Position numbers and translations under genes: made by a program. The notes under the pieces are model-generated. The model saw nothing but the letters and a program-made list of their open reading frames with translations, had not been told where the DNA came from and did no database searches. Positions 46,142 through 59,600 of a DNA stretch of 64,000 bases are shown piece by piece. How positions within the stretch are numbered: position 1 is the first letter of the stretch; the number at the start of each line of letters is the position of its first letter. Source of the DNA: Mantamonas sphyraenae STR306 (taxonomy: Eukaryota; Protista; CRuMs); NCBI GenBank assembly GCA_026936335.1, contig JAPMXV010000060.1, positions 260,435-324,434 of the forward strand, given 5' to 3'.

Positions 46142-47155
46142 ATGGACGCCTTGGGAAGCAAGCAAACTCTCCGTCGTTTTGTTCCGATGAGTGGCAAGGA
46201 CCAGGACAAGGACAAGGACCAGGAGGACAAGGAATCGCTGGTGTGGTATCCGTTAGAGGCGCTGTTGAACCCGCCAGAGGATTCTGTGACGATCACAAAC
46301 CCGGCGTTGGCGGCAAAGGCAGAGCGGGAACTGGGGGAGACGGAAGCGGTGCGTGAAAACGCACTGCGAGAACTGCGGCAGCTGCTGGACGACAGGGCGG
46401 AACTGGATGACGAGGAGAGCGAGGCATACTTTCCAGGCTGGGACAACGACAATGTGCTGATTGGGTTCCTGCGCAAGGCCAAGTTCAACGTGGAAAAGGC
46501 AGAGGTGAGCTTCATGCGCTTCGCCACGTGGCAATGCGAGCTGGGATGGAACACAATCGAGTTTGACGACGTGGCACACCTGTTGCCGATCTCGGGGTTG
46601 CACATCATGCCGCAGAGCGACAGCGACGGGCGAGTGGTGCTGTACATCGCGCCGGACGAGGAGATCATGGTCGAGCTGGACAAGCTGGAGAGCAGGGTGC
46701 CTGTGTTTGGAGGCATCTGGTGGCTGATGAACAGGATGTTGCGCAGCCCGGAGATGCAGATCAACGGGATTGTGCAGAACATGGATTTCGCCAACGCGAG
46801 CATGTCGCAGATGCGCAACCAGAAAACAGAGGACATCCGAGTGCGTTCGGGCATGTTTGACAACAGGCTGCCCGTGCGCGTGAGCAGCATCAACATGATC
46901 AACACTCCGTGGTACTTTTCGTGGATTTTCGCCATTGTGAAGCCGTTCTTGTCGTCAAAGATGCAAGAGCGCATCCGCATGATTGGGGACGATTTTGACG
47001 CTCTGCACGAGCTTGTCGAGCCGTCTGCGTTGCCTGAGCGCTTCCATGGCACGGCGGAGCCGTTTGACTTTCCGCAGTGGGTGCGCGATCAGGACCAAAG
47101 CGGGACGTTGCGGGAGGGTCTTGCGGTGATGCGCTCGGGACAGCTGGTGGAGTGA
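46142..47155 (+). CDS. CRAL-TRIO (Sec14-like) lipid-binding protein, alpha-TTP/clavesin-like
   Basis: KAERELGET, LIGFLRKAKFNVEKA, DSDGRVVL, QINGIV, LPVRVSSINMINTPWYF, VKPFLSSKMQERI and LPERFHGT. Confidence 0.9.
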   Translation: MDALGSKQTLRRFVPMSGKDQDKDKDQEDKESLVWYPLEALLNPPEDSVTITNPALAAKAERELGETEAVRENALRELRQLLDDRAELDDEESEAYFPGWDNDNVLIGFLRKAKFNVEKAEVSFMRFATWQCELGWNTIEFDDVAHLLPISGLHIMPQSDSDGRVVLYIAPDEEIMVELDKLESRVPVFGGIWWLMNRMLRSPEMQINGIVQNMDFANASMSQMRNQKTEDIRVRSGMFDNRLPVRVSSINMINTPWYFSWIFAIVKPFLSSKMQERIRMIGDDFDALHELVEPSALPERFHGTAEPFDFPQWVRDQDQSGTLREGLAVMRSGQLVE

Positions 47156-47226
47156 AGAAGAGGGAAGGAGAAGCAGTTCATTTCCTGAGTGCGATGCAAA
47201 TGCAGAAACAGTGTGCCACACAGCGA

Positions 47227-50143
<2,917 letters not shown>

Positions 50144-50362
50144 GAGTAGAGTTGAGGTTGCAAAGGGGGTTTGCGGTGGTTGCGCTGGCGGGCGTGCATT
50201 GAGCGTGCATTTGAATGGACGGGAATGGAGCGCAAGGGGGGAATGGAGTGTGGATGAGATGGGAGTGAACGTGGGGGTGCGGTGGGGGGGATGGGATGGG
50301 ATGGGTGGAGGTGCAAGGAGAGGGGAGCCCGCACAGAGCCAACGCAAGCGAAGGACAAGAAC

Positions 50363-53300
50363 ATGTCTGGCGATTCAGTGCGTGTGGCTGTGCGAGTGCG
50401 GCCGTTCAATACTCGCGAGAAGGACATGAACGCAACGTTGTGCATTGACATGCAGGACAACACGACATACATCTTTGACGGAGGTGGGTTTTTGTTGTTT
50501 TTGGACGTGAGAGCCGGGATTTGGCCGGGCGGCAGCTGACACGGGGCGACGTACGGCCCATGGGAGCAGAGAACAAGAAGAACTACACGTTTGACTTTTC
50601 GTACTGGTCGCACGACGGCTTTGACGTGGTGGACGGATACAACACGCCAACGACGCCCAAGTACGCGGACCAGAAACGTAAGTGGTTGCCCAGCGCCGCT
50701 TTTTTCGTGAAGAGAGCCGTTTGCACGCCGGAGCAGCCCTTGCGGGCGAGCTAGAAGGGCCAGGAGGCACGTGATGGGCCAATACTGACTCGGAACGGAT
50801 GGATATACACACATGGCACAGGGGTGTTTGATGACCTGGGCCAGGACGTGCTCACAAACGCCATCAAGGGTAGGTTTGCGAACGACCGTTAGATGCGCAC
50901 GAGAGGGGGCCCACGGGGACACGGGAGATGGTTGCAACGGGGAACTGACGAGCGCACGTGCGTGCACACACACACATCCACACACACACACACCCATTTG
51001 CACACATGAACATGGCGACATGCACACGCACAGGCTTCAACTGCTCGCTGTTTGCCTACGGACAAACGGGCTCGGGCAAGAGCTACTCCATGGTCGGGTA
51101 CGGCGTGAACAAGGGCATTGTGCCGATCACATGCGAAGAAATCTTCAAGATTGTAGAGTCGAACGACGACGACAAGCTGGAACATCAGGTGGAGCTGTCG
51201 ATGTTGGAGATCTACAACGAGCAGGTGCGGGATTTGCTGTCGAAGAAAAAGTCGCCCAAGGGAGGGCTGAAGGTGCGGTCGATCCCGAAAACAGGTGTGC
51301 AAGTGGTGGGTCTGTCCAAGGTGCCCGTGTCGAGCTACGACGAAATCAACTCGTGGATCGAGAACGGCACAGAGAACCGTACGGTGGCGGCCACCAAGAT
51401 GAACGCCACGTCGTCACGTGCGCACACGGTGGTGGCCATCATCTTCACGCAGAAGAAGCTGGATGCGTTTGGACCGGGCAAGCACGAAGTGATGTCTTCC
51501 AAGATCAACCTTGTGGATTTGGCAGGGTCGGAGCGTGCGGACTCGACGGGAGCAACCGGCCAGACGCTGAAGGAAGGTTCTGCGATCAACCTGTCGCTGA
51601 CGATGCTGGGTAACGTGATTACGGCGCTGGCAGAGGCAAGCATGCACCCGAAAAAGAAGATCCTGATTCCGTACCGTGATTCGAAGCTGACGCAGATCCT
51701 GCAAGACGCGTTGGGTGGCGACAGCAAGACAATCATGATTGCGGCTGTGTCGCCTGCGTCTGTGAACTTTGAAGAGTCTGTGTCGACGCTGCGATATGCG
51801 GACCGAGCAAAGAAGATCAAAACGAAGCCAAAGGTGCAGCTGGACCCGCAGACACTGAAGCTGCGCGAGCTGGAGGAGCAGAACAAACAACTGATGGAGC
51901 AGCTGGCGAGGCTGGGTGTGGCGACGGGCGAAGACGGACAGGTGGACCTGAGCAAACTGCCAGCTGGTGGAGGAGGAGGTGTGGATCCGGAGGTGCTGAA
52001 GGAGAAGGAGGCGCTGGAAGCGGAACTGGAGGCGCACCGCAAGGAGATGGAGGAGAAGGAGCGTGAGTTCCAGGAGCGTCTGGAAGCAGCCAAGGCAGAG
52101 GTTGCAGAGTCGTCGTCTGCGTCGATGGCCAAGGCAGAGGCGTTCAAGAACGTGCCTCACATTTCGAACCTGAACGAGGACAGCATGCTGAGCGGTGTGG
52201 TGAAGCTTGGCTTTCCAGAGGGGGAGAACCTGGTGGGCAAGAGCCCCGATGAGGGAGCGACGGTGGAGATGAGCGGCATGGGCATCCTGCCTGTGCACGC
52301 CAAGGTGGTTGTGGACGGGGACAAGGTGACGCTGACGAGCATGCCCAAGGCGACGCTGCTGCTGAACGGAAAGCAGACGCTGGCAGAGAGCGAGGTGACG
52401 CTGCACCACAACGACCGACTGCGCTTTGGGCAGAACGGGTTGTTTGTGTTTGTGCACCCGCACGAGCGAGAGGCAAAGGGGATCACGGAGGAGGTGACGT
52501 TTGAGGCGGCGCAGCACGAGATTGCAGAGGAGTCGGGGATGGTGACGAGCCAAAGCGACGTGGCGATGATGAGCGAGGAGGAGCGCGAGAATTACCTGAT
52601 CCAAGAGGAGATTGTGCAGCTGCTGCCGCTGATCAACGAGGCAAACGCAATTAGCGAGGAACTGGAGCAGCCGTTCTTTTTCAAGGCGACGCTGGTGAAC
52701 GATTTCGGAACGACGGACAAGCGCAAGACGCACGTGAACGTGAAGATGAAGCACCTGGGCACGGAGGCGACGTGGATCTGGCCGCGCGAAAAGTTTATCG
52801 ACCGCGTGTACATGATGCGCGAGCTGTACAACGACGCACAGGAGGAGGGGGAGAGCCTGTCGCTGGGAGAGAACGAGGAGAACCCGTGGTTTGATGGAGT
52901 GCCGGTTGTGTCTGTGGGCACTGCGCGTTGCTACCTGTCGGGCCTGGCGTACCAGATCGAGGTGGAGGAGACGCTGACGGTGACGGACTACAAGGGCAAG
53001 GAGGAGGGACAAATCCGCGTGGAGGTGGTGCCGTGCCTGGAAGACGGGCGTGTGCCTGGCGACGAGGACGACGAAGACCTGTTTGTGGACGATCCGTCGG
53101 AACTGGTGGGCAAGAGCTTGCACTTTCTGCTGCGCATCCCAAAGGTGATGGGCCTGCAGGGCAAGTACAGCGCAGGGGTGCAGGTGAAGTACCGGTTCAA
53201 CAGCCCGCTGGTGGAAAACGGAGAGGGGACGACGGAGGAGAAGAGCGGATCGATCAACCCGAAGTTTGACTACGAGCGCAAGTTTACGATTGGCACGGTG

Positions 53301-53831
53301 ACGGACGAGTTTGTGCGCTGGCTGGAGGGCGGCGACGCGACGCTGGAGGTGGAGGTCGTTGCGCAACAGAGCATGGATGCGTCTGGAGCGGGCAAGGGCA
53401 AGAAGACGACAAAGGACCTGCTTGCGGCACGTGCACAGGAGAACTCGAGCGGAGAGGTTGCGAAACTGACGAACCAGCTGCAACAGGTGACGACGATTGC
53501 GCAGCTGCAGCGCACGGCGTCGCGAGAGGCGAAGCGCCGAATGGAGCAGGCACTGCAGGTGGAGCGGGTGCAGAACAAGAAGCTGGCGGGCAAGATGAGT
53601 GAGTTTGAAAAGATGCTGGCAGAGGCGGAGAAGACGGGCAACTACGAAGAGTTTGCAAAGCAGAGCGCAAAGCTGCTGCGCCGTCGCGAAAAGCGACTCA
53701 AGGCCGTGGCAAATGTGATTCTGAAGACCAACCAGCTGAACAAGATGAAGATGGCGTCGGCGGCGGGGGGAGCGAGCTCGAGTGGAGGCGGAGGCAGCGA
53801 GCAGGATTCCAAGGCGTGTGTAGTGCAGTGA
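50363..53831 (+). CDS. Kinesin-3 family motor (KIF28/KLP-6-like) with FHA domain and C-terminal CaaX
   Basis: VRVAVRVRPFN, FDFSYWSHDGF, AYGQTGSGKSYSM, NATSSRAH, LVDLAGSER, PHISNLNED...LHHNDRLRFG and NEANAISEEL. Ends SKACVVQ. Confidence 0.92.
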
Positions 53832-53878
53832 GGAGCATGAGAAAGGAGGGAAGGAAGGAGAAATGCACGAGTTTGAGT

Positions 53879-54791
53879 TCATTCAAGGTGGACCGAGGCG
53901 TCGTATTCTGAGCGGCGGAGCCAGGCAAAGAGAGCAGTGAGGAGGATGACGGCGGTGGAGCTGGAGGCAAAGTAGAACCATTTGCAAGAGAGGCCTGGAA
54001 TGACGGACTTGCAGGCGTGGTCGTCGACGCCGGGGATGTGGAGGTCGAGCTTGCTGTTGCACGAAGGCTCGCAATAATTACATGCACAGGTTCCCTTGCA
54101 GCTCTCCGGGCTGGCGCACATGGCGGTGGCCTCTGTGGAGAAGCGAAAGTTGATCTGGAAAGGGCTGAAGGGGCCCTTTTCGCCCATGAAGGAGAGGAAG
54201 GCCATGGCGTCGGGCCACTGTTGGTTGACAATGACGCCGCCGCCGAAAGGGAGGAGCTTGCAGGAGTCGTAGAGTCCGTAGGCAAAGTCTGGGCAGACGG
54301 TGTACTCGACGACCTGGACTTGGCCGTCGGATGCGTTGTTGGTGACCTTGACAAAGTCCTGCTGGAGGGGATTGCAGGTGAAGGAGCACCAGAGGGTGTG
54401 GAGGTTGTTGATACACGTTTGGCAGTCGGCAAAGATGTTGTCGACGAGGTTGTGGAAGTGGGTGTAGAGGTTTTGGGTTTGGTCGACGGTGCAGCAGTGG
54501 GATTGGTTGAAGGCGGGACAGTCTACGAGGTTGGGTGTCTGTGGGGGTGCGGGTGGGGGGTGGGGGGGAGGGCGGAGGGGGGAGGGGATTGGTGTTGGGG
54601 TTGGGTTTGTAGGGGTTGGCATGCACGCAAACGGGAGGACGCGGCTGGGGCGGGAGGGAGGGGCTTTTGCAGCGTACGGTAAATGGGGGAGAGTCTGGAT
54701 GGATGTAGGGCGGGTTGCCGTGCATGGCGCAATTTGCGTGCGCAAGCGTGGCGAGGGTGACGAGGGCGAGAAAAAGGTAAAGGGCTCGCAT
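53879..54791 (-). CDS. Stand-alone NPC1 N-terminal (sterol-binding) domain protein with a single C-terminal TM
   Basis: Signal peptide then CAMHG, one in-frame intron, and Cys pattern CP..CC...Q...L...F..C..C..N...LWC.FTC.P.Q.DFV.VT...V..V.Y.V...FA..LYDSCK. Confidence 0.78.
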
Positions 54792-54931
54792 GATGACTTT
54801 GGGTTGGCAGAGGCAGGGAAGGGCGAGGGCGGGTAGGTGAGGTGAGGGGAGTGAACAGGGAGGCAAGTGAGAGGAGAGTGAGACGGGGTTGGCAGGTGTG
54901 CGGTGGTGGGCCCAAAAGGAGAGCGGAGGGG

Positions 54932-56365
54932 ATGCACCGGCTGCAGTCGCTGAGCACGCAGCACAGGAAGCTGTTTGATGCGATTGTGGCAGATGATGTG
55001 TCGTTGGTGCGAACAATCTTGAAGAAGCACCAGCGGTCACTGGATCTGGACTGGTGCAACGCAGACAGGGGCCACAACACGGCGCTGCACGAGGCCGTGG
55101 CGAGGAGGTCGCCCACGATTGTGTACATGCTGCTGGAGGCAGGGGCATCGCCGAATGTAAAGAACGAAAAGGGGCTGACGAGTCTGCACGTGGCTGTGAG
55201 CGCACAGGCGTGGGACTCGCTGACGGTGCTGCTGGAAAACTGCGAGGTGGTGAGCAACGGCGACGGAGGAAGTGGCGGCGGGGCAGGGTCATCATCGTCG
55301 TCAGGAGCGTCGTCATCGTCGTCCATGGCAAGCAGAAGGGCGTCGGAGGCGTCGGATGGGCGAGGGAGAGCAGGAAGCGTGGCTGTAGGGGCGTCGGGAG
55401 GTGGGAGAAAGAGCCGGACGTTGGAGCAACTTGAAGCGGCGGGCCAGGGCGAACGCACAGGGCGTGGAAGGTCCATGTCGCTGTCACGGTCAATGTCCAC
55501 GTCGTCGACAGGATCTGTGGGGAGCGATGGGGTGGGTACGCGTAGGCCGGTGCTGCTCATAGACGCAGTAGACAACATCGGGGCAACGGCAGTTCACTAC
55601 GCGTGCTTTGACGGGCTCAACAAGTACCTTGTGCTCCTTCTGGACGAGGGGCGGGCAGACATCAACGCACGGGATCACAACATGAACACGGCTCTGCACC
55701 ATGTGGCGCGCAAGGGCCATCTGCAGGTGATGAAAACGCTGCTGCGAAGGGCACCGGATCTGGTGGACAGCATCAACCGGTGGAAGGAGACGGCGCTGCT
55801 AAAGGCAACGCATGCGCAACATGTGGACTGCGTCAAGTACCTGCTGCAGCAGGGGGCGGACGTGACGATTGCGTCGTCGGCCGGAGTGACGCCAGTGATG
55901 GACGCAATCAGTGCAGGGCACGCAGGGCTGCTGCAGGTGCTTGTGGACTCGCGCAAGGTGGATGTGAACCAAGTGGACGCGCAAGGGTTTGCGCCGATGC
56001 ACTATCTGGCAGCGATGGGCCGTGCGTCGTGCATGGGCATTCTGGTGAGAGCAGGGGCAGACGTGAACCAGTTGGGCCCGGGCAACAAGACGCCACTCGA
56101 CGTGGCTGCAGAGGCAGACCACAAGAACGTGGCACGCATCCTGTCTGAGAGAGGACAGGTAGGCGGCGGGCGGCTGAATCCCGTGGAGCAACAGGAAGAG
56201 GTGATTCGGCAGCTGATGCAGTTTGGAGCGTTGAAGGGGGACTTTCTGCGGGCTGTGGCAGCAAAGAGGGTGCAGCGAAGATGGCGGCGGTATGCAGCGC
56301 GGCGTGCGCGAGGCAGTGCGGCGGAGCGGAGCAAGGAACGCAGACAGAGACGGACAGGGCAATGA
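54932..56365 (+). CDS. Ankyrin repeat protein with IQ-like motif (probably the N-terminal part of a longer gene)
   Basis: Multiple TALH/TSLH/TPL ankyrin repeats and AAKRVQRRWRRYAARR. Confidence 0.85.
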   Translation: MHRLQSLSTQHRKLFDAIVADDVSLVRTILKKHQRSLDLDWCNADRGHNTALHEAVARRSPTIVYMLLEAGASPNVKNEKGLTSLHVAVSAQAWDSLTVLLENCEVVSNGDGGSGGGAGSSSSSGASSSSSMASRRASEASDGRGRAGSVAVGASGGGRKSRTLEQLEAAGQGERTGRGRSMSLSRSMSTSSTGSVGSDGVGTRRPVLLIDAVDNIGATAVHYACFDGLNKYLVLLLDEGRADINARDHNMNTALHHVARKGHLQVMKTLLRRAPDLVDSINRWKETALLKATHAQHVDCVKYLLQQGADVTIASSAGVTPVMDAISAGHAGLLQVLVDSRKVDVNQVDAQGFAPMHYLAAMGRASCMGILVRAGADVNQLGPGNKTPLDVAAEADHKNVARILSERGQVGGGRLNPVEQQEEVIRQLMQFGALKGDFLRAVAAKRVQRRWRRYAARRARGSAAERSKERRQRRTGQ

Positions 56366-56476
56366 TGGAGGCTTGGGAGGAGGAATTGGGCAGGTTGCGG
56401 AAGGCCAAGACTCGATTGGAACGGGTGCTGGCGGAGAAGGAGGCGGAGGAGGCGCGAAGGCGAGAAGCGGCGCAGA

Positions 56477-57685
56477 ATGGGCGAGACGCGGAATCACTGG
56501 CGATCAAAGGTGGACATGCTGGAGAACAGAAACGAGACACTGAGGAAGAATCTTCGGCGGGTGGAGAAGGAAAAGAGCGCGCTTGCGGAGCGCGTGGACA
56601 AGCAAGAGGTGGAGCTGCAATCGTCGGCGGGTGGAGGGGGCCACCAAGTGCGGCGGCTGAGCAAGCAGCTGGAACGGAGCAAAGGAGCGGCACGGGAGGT
56701 GGAAGCGCAGCGGGATGCGCTGAAACTGCAGGTGGACACTCTGCGGCATCACATCGAAACCCACGATCTTGGCAAGGCCGGGCTGTTGCGGCTGCGTACA
56801 GCCGAGAGCGCGCGGCGGGAGGCGGAAAACGGAGCTAAGCAGGCTCGACTGAGGCTGAACAAGAGCAGGGCTAGATGTGAGAAGCTGAAAGGGAGGAACA
56901 GCGAGTTGCAGGCTGCGCTGGAGCGGAGTGAGGCGCATGTGCGTGCTTTGGAGGACAGATTGGAGTCGTTGAGTCGATTCGGCAACACACAGGTGTGGGA
57001 AAGGTATCAGGACGCACTGATGGACGTGCTGAAGCGGTACGACGAGGGCGAGTTGACGTCGACGGAGCTTGTGGTGGCTACGCAGCACGCAGCCATCACG
57101 GGGATGCAGCAGCAGGTGGCGCAGCAGAGGAGGGCGAGTGCACGTATGCGTAGTCGCATCCTGGAGCTTGTGGGGCAGCGAGGAGGAGGGGGCGGGTCGA
57201 TGAACGACGGACGTGTGCTGAGCGTGTTGGAGACGACTTTGCTAGGCAAGGTGGGAGGGCAGCGGAGATCACGGCCTGCCACGGCAGGGGGTGGAGGGAG
57301 TGGAGGAGGGGGCAAGGAGGTGGAGGAGGAAGGGAGGGTGAGGCCAGCCACGGCGATGGGTGTCCGGGGTGCGGGGGTTGGGGGCGTAAAGGAGGGAGAA
57401 GCGGTTGCGGCGGTGGTGGTGAGAGATGAGGAGGGTGAGGAGGATGAGGATGAGGATGAGGATGAGGAGGAGGATGAGGAGGAGGAGGAAGAGGTGCCAA
57501 GATTGAGGAGGGAAGTGGCAAGGCTGGTGGAGCAGCTGAGCAGGGACAAGGAGGCCGCGTACAAGGCGGAGGAGTTGGAGGAGTTGAGAGACGTGGAACT
57601 GGTGAGGATGTTGAAGAAGCAGGTGGTGGAGTTGCAGAGAAAGGTGATCCAGCTGAGGCAAATGGTGTTTGTGCGGCGGGTGTGA
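56477..57685 (+). CDS. Coiled-coil protein (probably the C-terminal part of the ankyrin gene; same frame)
   Basis: Heptad-rich ORF with RPATA repeats and an acidic tract. In frame with the 54932 ORF. Confidence 0.65.
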   Translation: MGETRNHWRSKVDMLENRNETLRKNLRRVEKEKSALAERVDKQEVELQSSAGGGGHQVRRLSKQLERSKGAAREVEAQRDALKLQVDTLRHHIETHDLGKAGLLRLRTAESARREAENGAKQARLRLNKSRARCEKLKGRNSELQAALERSEAHVRALEDRLESLSRFGNTQVWERYQDALMDVLKRYDEGELTSTELVVATQHAAITGMQQQVAQQRRASARMRSRILELVGQRGGGGGSMNDGRVLSVLETTLLGKVGGQRRSRPATAGGGGSGGGGKEVEEEGRVRPATAMGVRGAGVGGVKEGEAVAAVVVRDEEGEEDEDEDEDEEEDEEEEEEVPRLRREVARLVEQLSRDKEAAYKAEELEELRDVELVRMLKKQVVELQRKVIQLRQMVFVRRV

Positions 57686-57752
57686 GTGGAGGCAAGGAAA
57701 AACAAAAGCCGTTGAAGCGAGAGCAGGGGAACACGAGGACGGCGGGTGAGAA

Positions 57753-58292
57753 ATGAGTGAGAGTGAGCACAACCAAGGGGCCGGAGGCAGCGGAGGAACA
57801 GCCAAAGTGCCATCGTTTGGGTTTCTGGGCGAGGGCGGAAACGGGAGCCAGGGAAGCGCGAGCGGCAGCCCGGGAAGCAAGGGGAGCGGGATGGAGGCAG
57901 TGGAGGTGGAGCTGGAAGGGGGAGAAGTGGCGTTTGTGCCGCCGGAGGACGACGAGCTGGTGGACTACGTGGACGAGAAGCTGAGCGAGCTGGAGTTTCG
58001 GTTCCGGCAAAGGCGGATGCAGGCTTTTGGAGCAGAGGAAGACCAGGTGCTGAAGGATCTGGAGTTGGTGCGGGAGAAGCAGTTGCGTCTGGCGCTGGAC
58101 CACATCCAGCTGGAGTACATCCGCAAGGAGACACACCAGGACGAGTTTGCGTCGATGAGCGAGTCGTTTGAAGATATCTCCACCTTTTTCGAGGGGAAGG
58201 AGGCGTCGCTGAACCAGCTGGTAGCCGGTCTGCACAAGGTGACCAAGGGTCTTAGTGTGCTGAATGGCAGGGTGACAGGGCAAGAGGAGTGA
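57753..58292 (+). CDS. CCDC28 family protein
   Basis: FRQRRMQAFG...LELVREKQLRLALDHIQLE...LNQLVAGLHKV matches the CCDC28A/B pattern F..G.LQAFG...VRE.QE.LA..H. Confidence 0.7.
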   Translation: MSESEHNQGAGGSGGTAKVPSFGFLGEGGNGSQGSASGSPGSKGSGMEAVEVELEGGEVAFVPPEDDELVDYVDEKLSELEFRFRQRRMQAFGAEEDQVLKDLELVREKQLRLALDHIQLEYIRKETHQDEFASMSESFEDISTFFEGKEASLNQLVAGLHKVTKGLSVLNGRVTGQEE

Positions 58293-58324
58293 GGCTGGGC
58301 GAGGGGGGTGAGGCAATGGCAAAT

Positions 58325-59480
58325 TCAGGCGGAGGCCAGTTTCTTTTCGACGCTCTGCCACAGCTGGAGGAGGGAGTCGTCCAGCGGGTAGTGGGTATTG
58401 CACAGCTCAACCCAAGCCACAAGGTCTGCGCGCATCTGGGCGTCGCTGGCAGCAATGGTGTCTGTGTCCTGGGGTGAGTAGAGGGAGGAACCGATTTCGT
58501 CGGCGTGGGCGTTGATGGACTCGGCGAGGGCGAGGAGCTGGAGCAGGGATTGGACCTGCTCGCGGTCGAGCTCGTCAGCTTTGGTTTTGAAGCGGCTGTA
58601 CACGTCCTTGTCGCACTTGTGCAACATGACCTTTGTGATTTTGACGAGCTCGATGGCAGCTTGGGCAGTGGCCCACTCCTGAGGGTCAAGGGCCTCTTCA
58701 TCGTCTTCTTGGTCGTCGTCAGAGGAGGAGGAGTTGGAGGAGTTGGAGGAGGAGGAGGAGGAGCCGGCGGACGAGGCCTGGCGCAACTCGCTCATTTCTT
58801 CGAGGACGTCCTTGAGAGTGTCTGTACAGCGGGTCATGTGCACATGGAAGGCTTTGACGTTGTTGAACTCGACCTGCTGGACCTGCTTGCAGGCCTCCCA
58901 GAGGACACCGGTGGGCTTTGTGGCAGCTTGTTTCCAGGAAGCGTCGTCGACGGCGAGGAGGGTGGCGGCCAGGGCGTCAAGGGCGTCGAGGACGTTGCCA
59001 GTCGTGCTGTGGAGGGCGTCGCGGACCATGCGGATGGAGCCGTGAGCGGATGTCTTTGCACTTCCGCACAGAACGACGGTGGCCGAGAAGATGAGCTCGG
59101 CAACGGCCTGGGCGGTGGAGAACTTGGGGCTGGCAGCATGGAAGCAAATAGTAACTGTGAAGTGGGTGGGAGGGTGGGAGGGTGGGAGGGGGTGAGGGGG
59201 AGTGATGGAGGGAGGGCGACGGGGGGGGGTGTGGCATGCGAAAGGAAAAGTGCGGTGTACACGTACATTTGGAGACCTCGAAGGACAGGGATTCGGCAGC
59301 TTTGGGTAGCTCCTGGCGGGCCTTTGCGCAGGCGGAAGCGTCCCAGTCACCGTCGAGGAAGAAGGAGTCGTCGTTGGCAAAGTGGGAGTTGAGATCAGCA
59401 CGGAGCTGCTGTGCCGTGGAGCGGATGAGTTCGAGGAGGGTGATGGTGTCTTTGTCGAGGGTTGGGGATGAGGAGGACAT
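58325..59480 (-). CDS. CCNDBP1: Cyclin-D1-binding protein 1 (GCIP) family, 2 exons
   Basis: LSFEVSK, TGVLWEACKQV, TLKDVLEEMSEL, an acidic tract, and ADEIGSSLYSPQD. Confidence 0.8.
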
Positions 59481-59600
59481 GAGGGAGAGAGGGGGAACAG
59501 AGAGGGGTGTTTCGGTTGGGTGTGGGGGAGGGTGGCGGCGATCGGGTGTTTGTTCTTTCATCACTCTTTGGATTGGAGGATGTGTGAATGAAAGGATGGT

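Noticed and set aside
56363-56365. Selenocysteine or simple stop-codon readthrough at the in-frame TGA
   Set aside because: The 37 codons after the TGA are Trp/Arg/Cys-rich and not protein-like, while the -1 frame is. Compensating indels explain this better.
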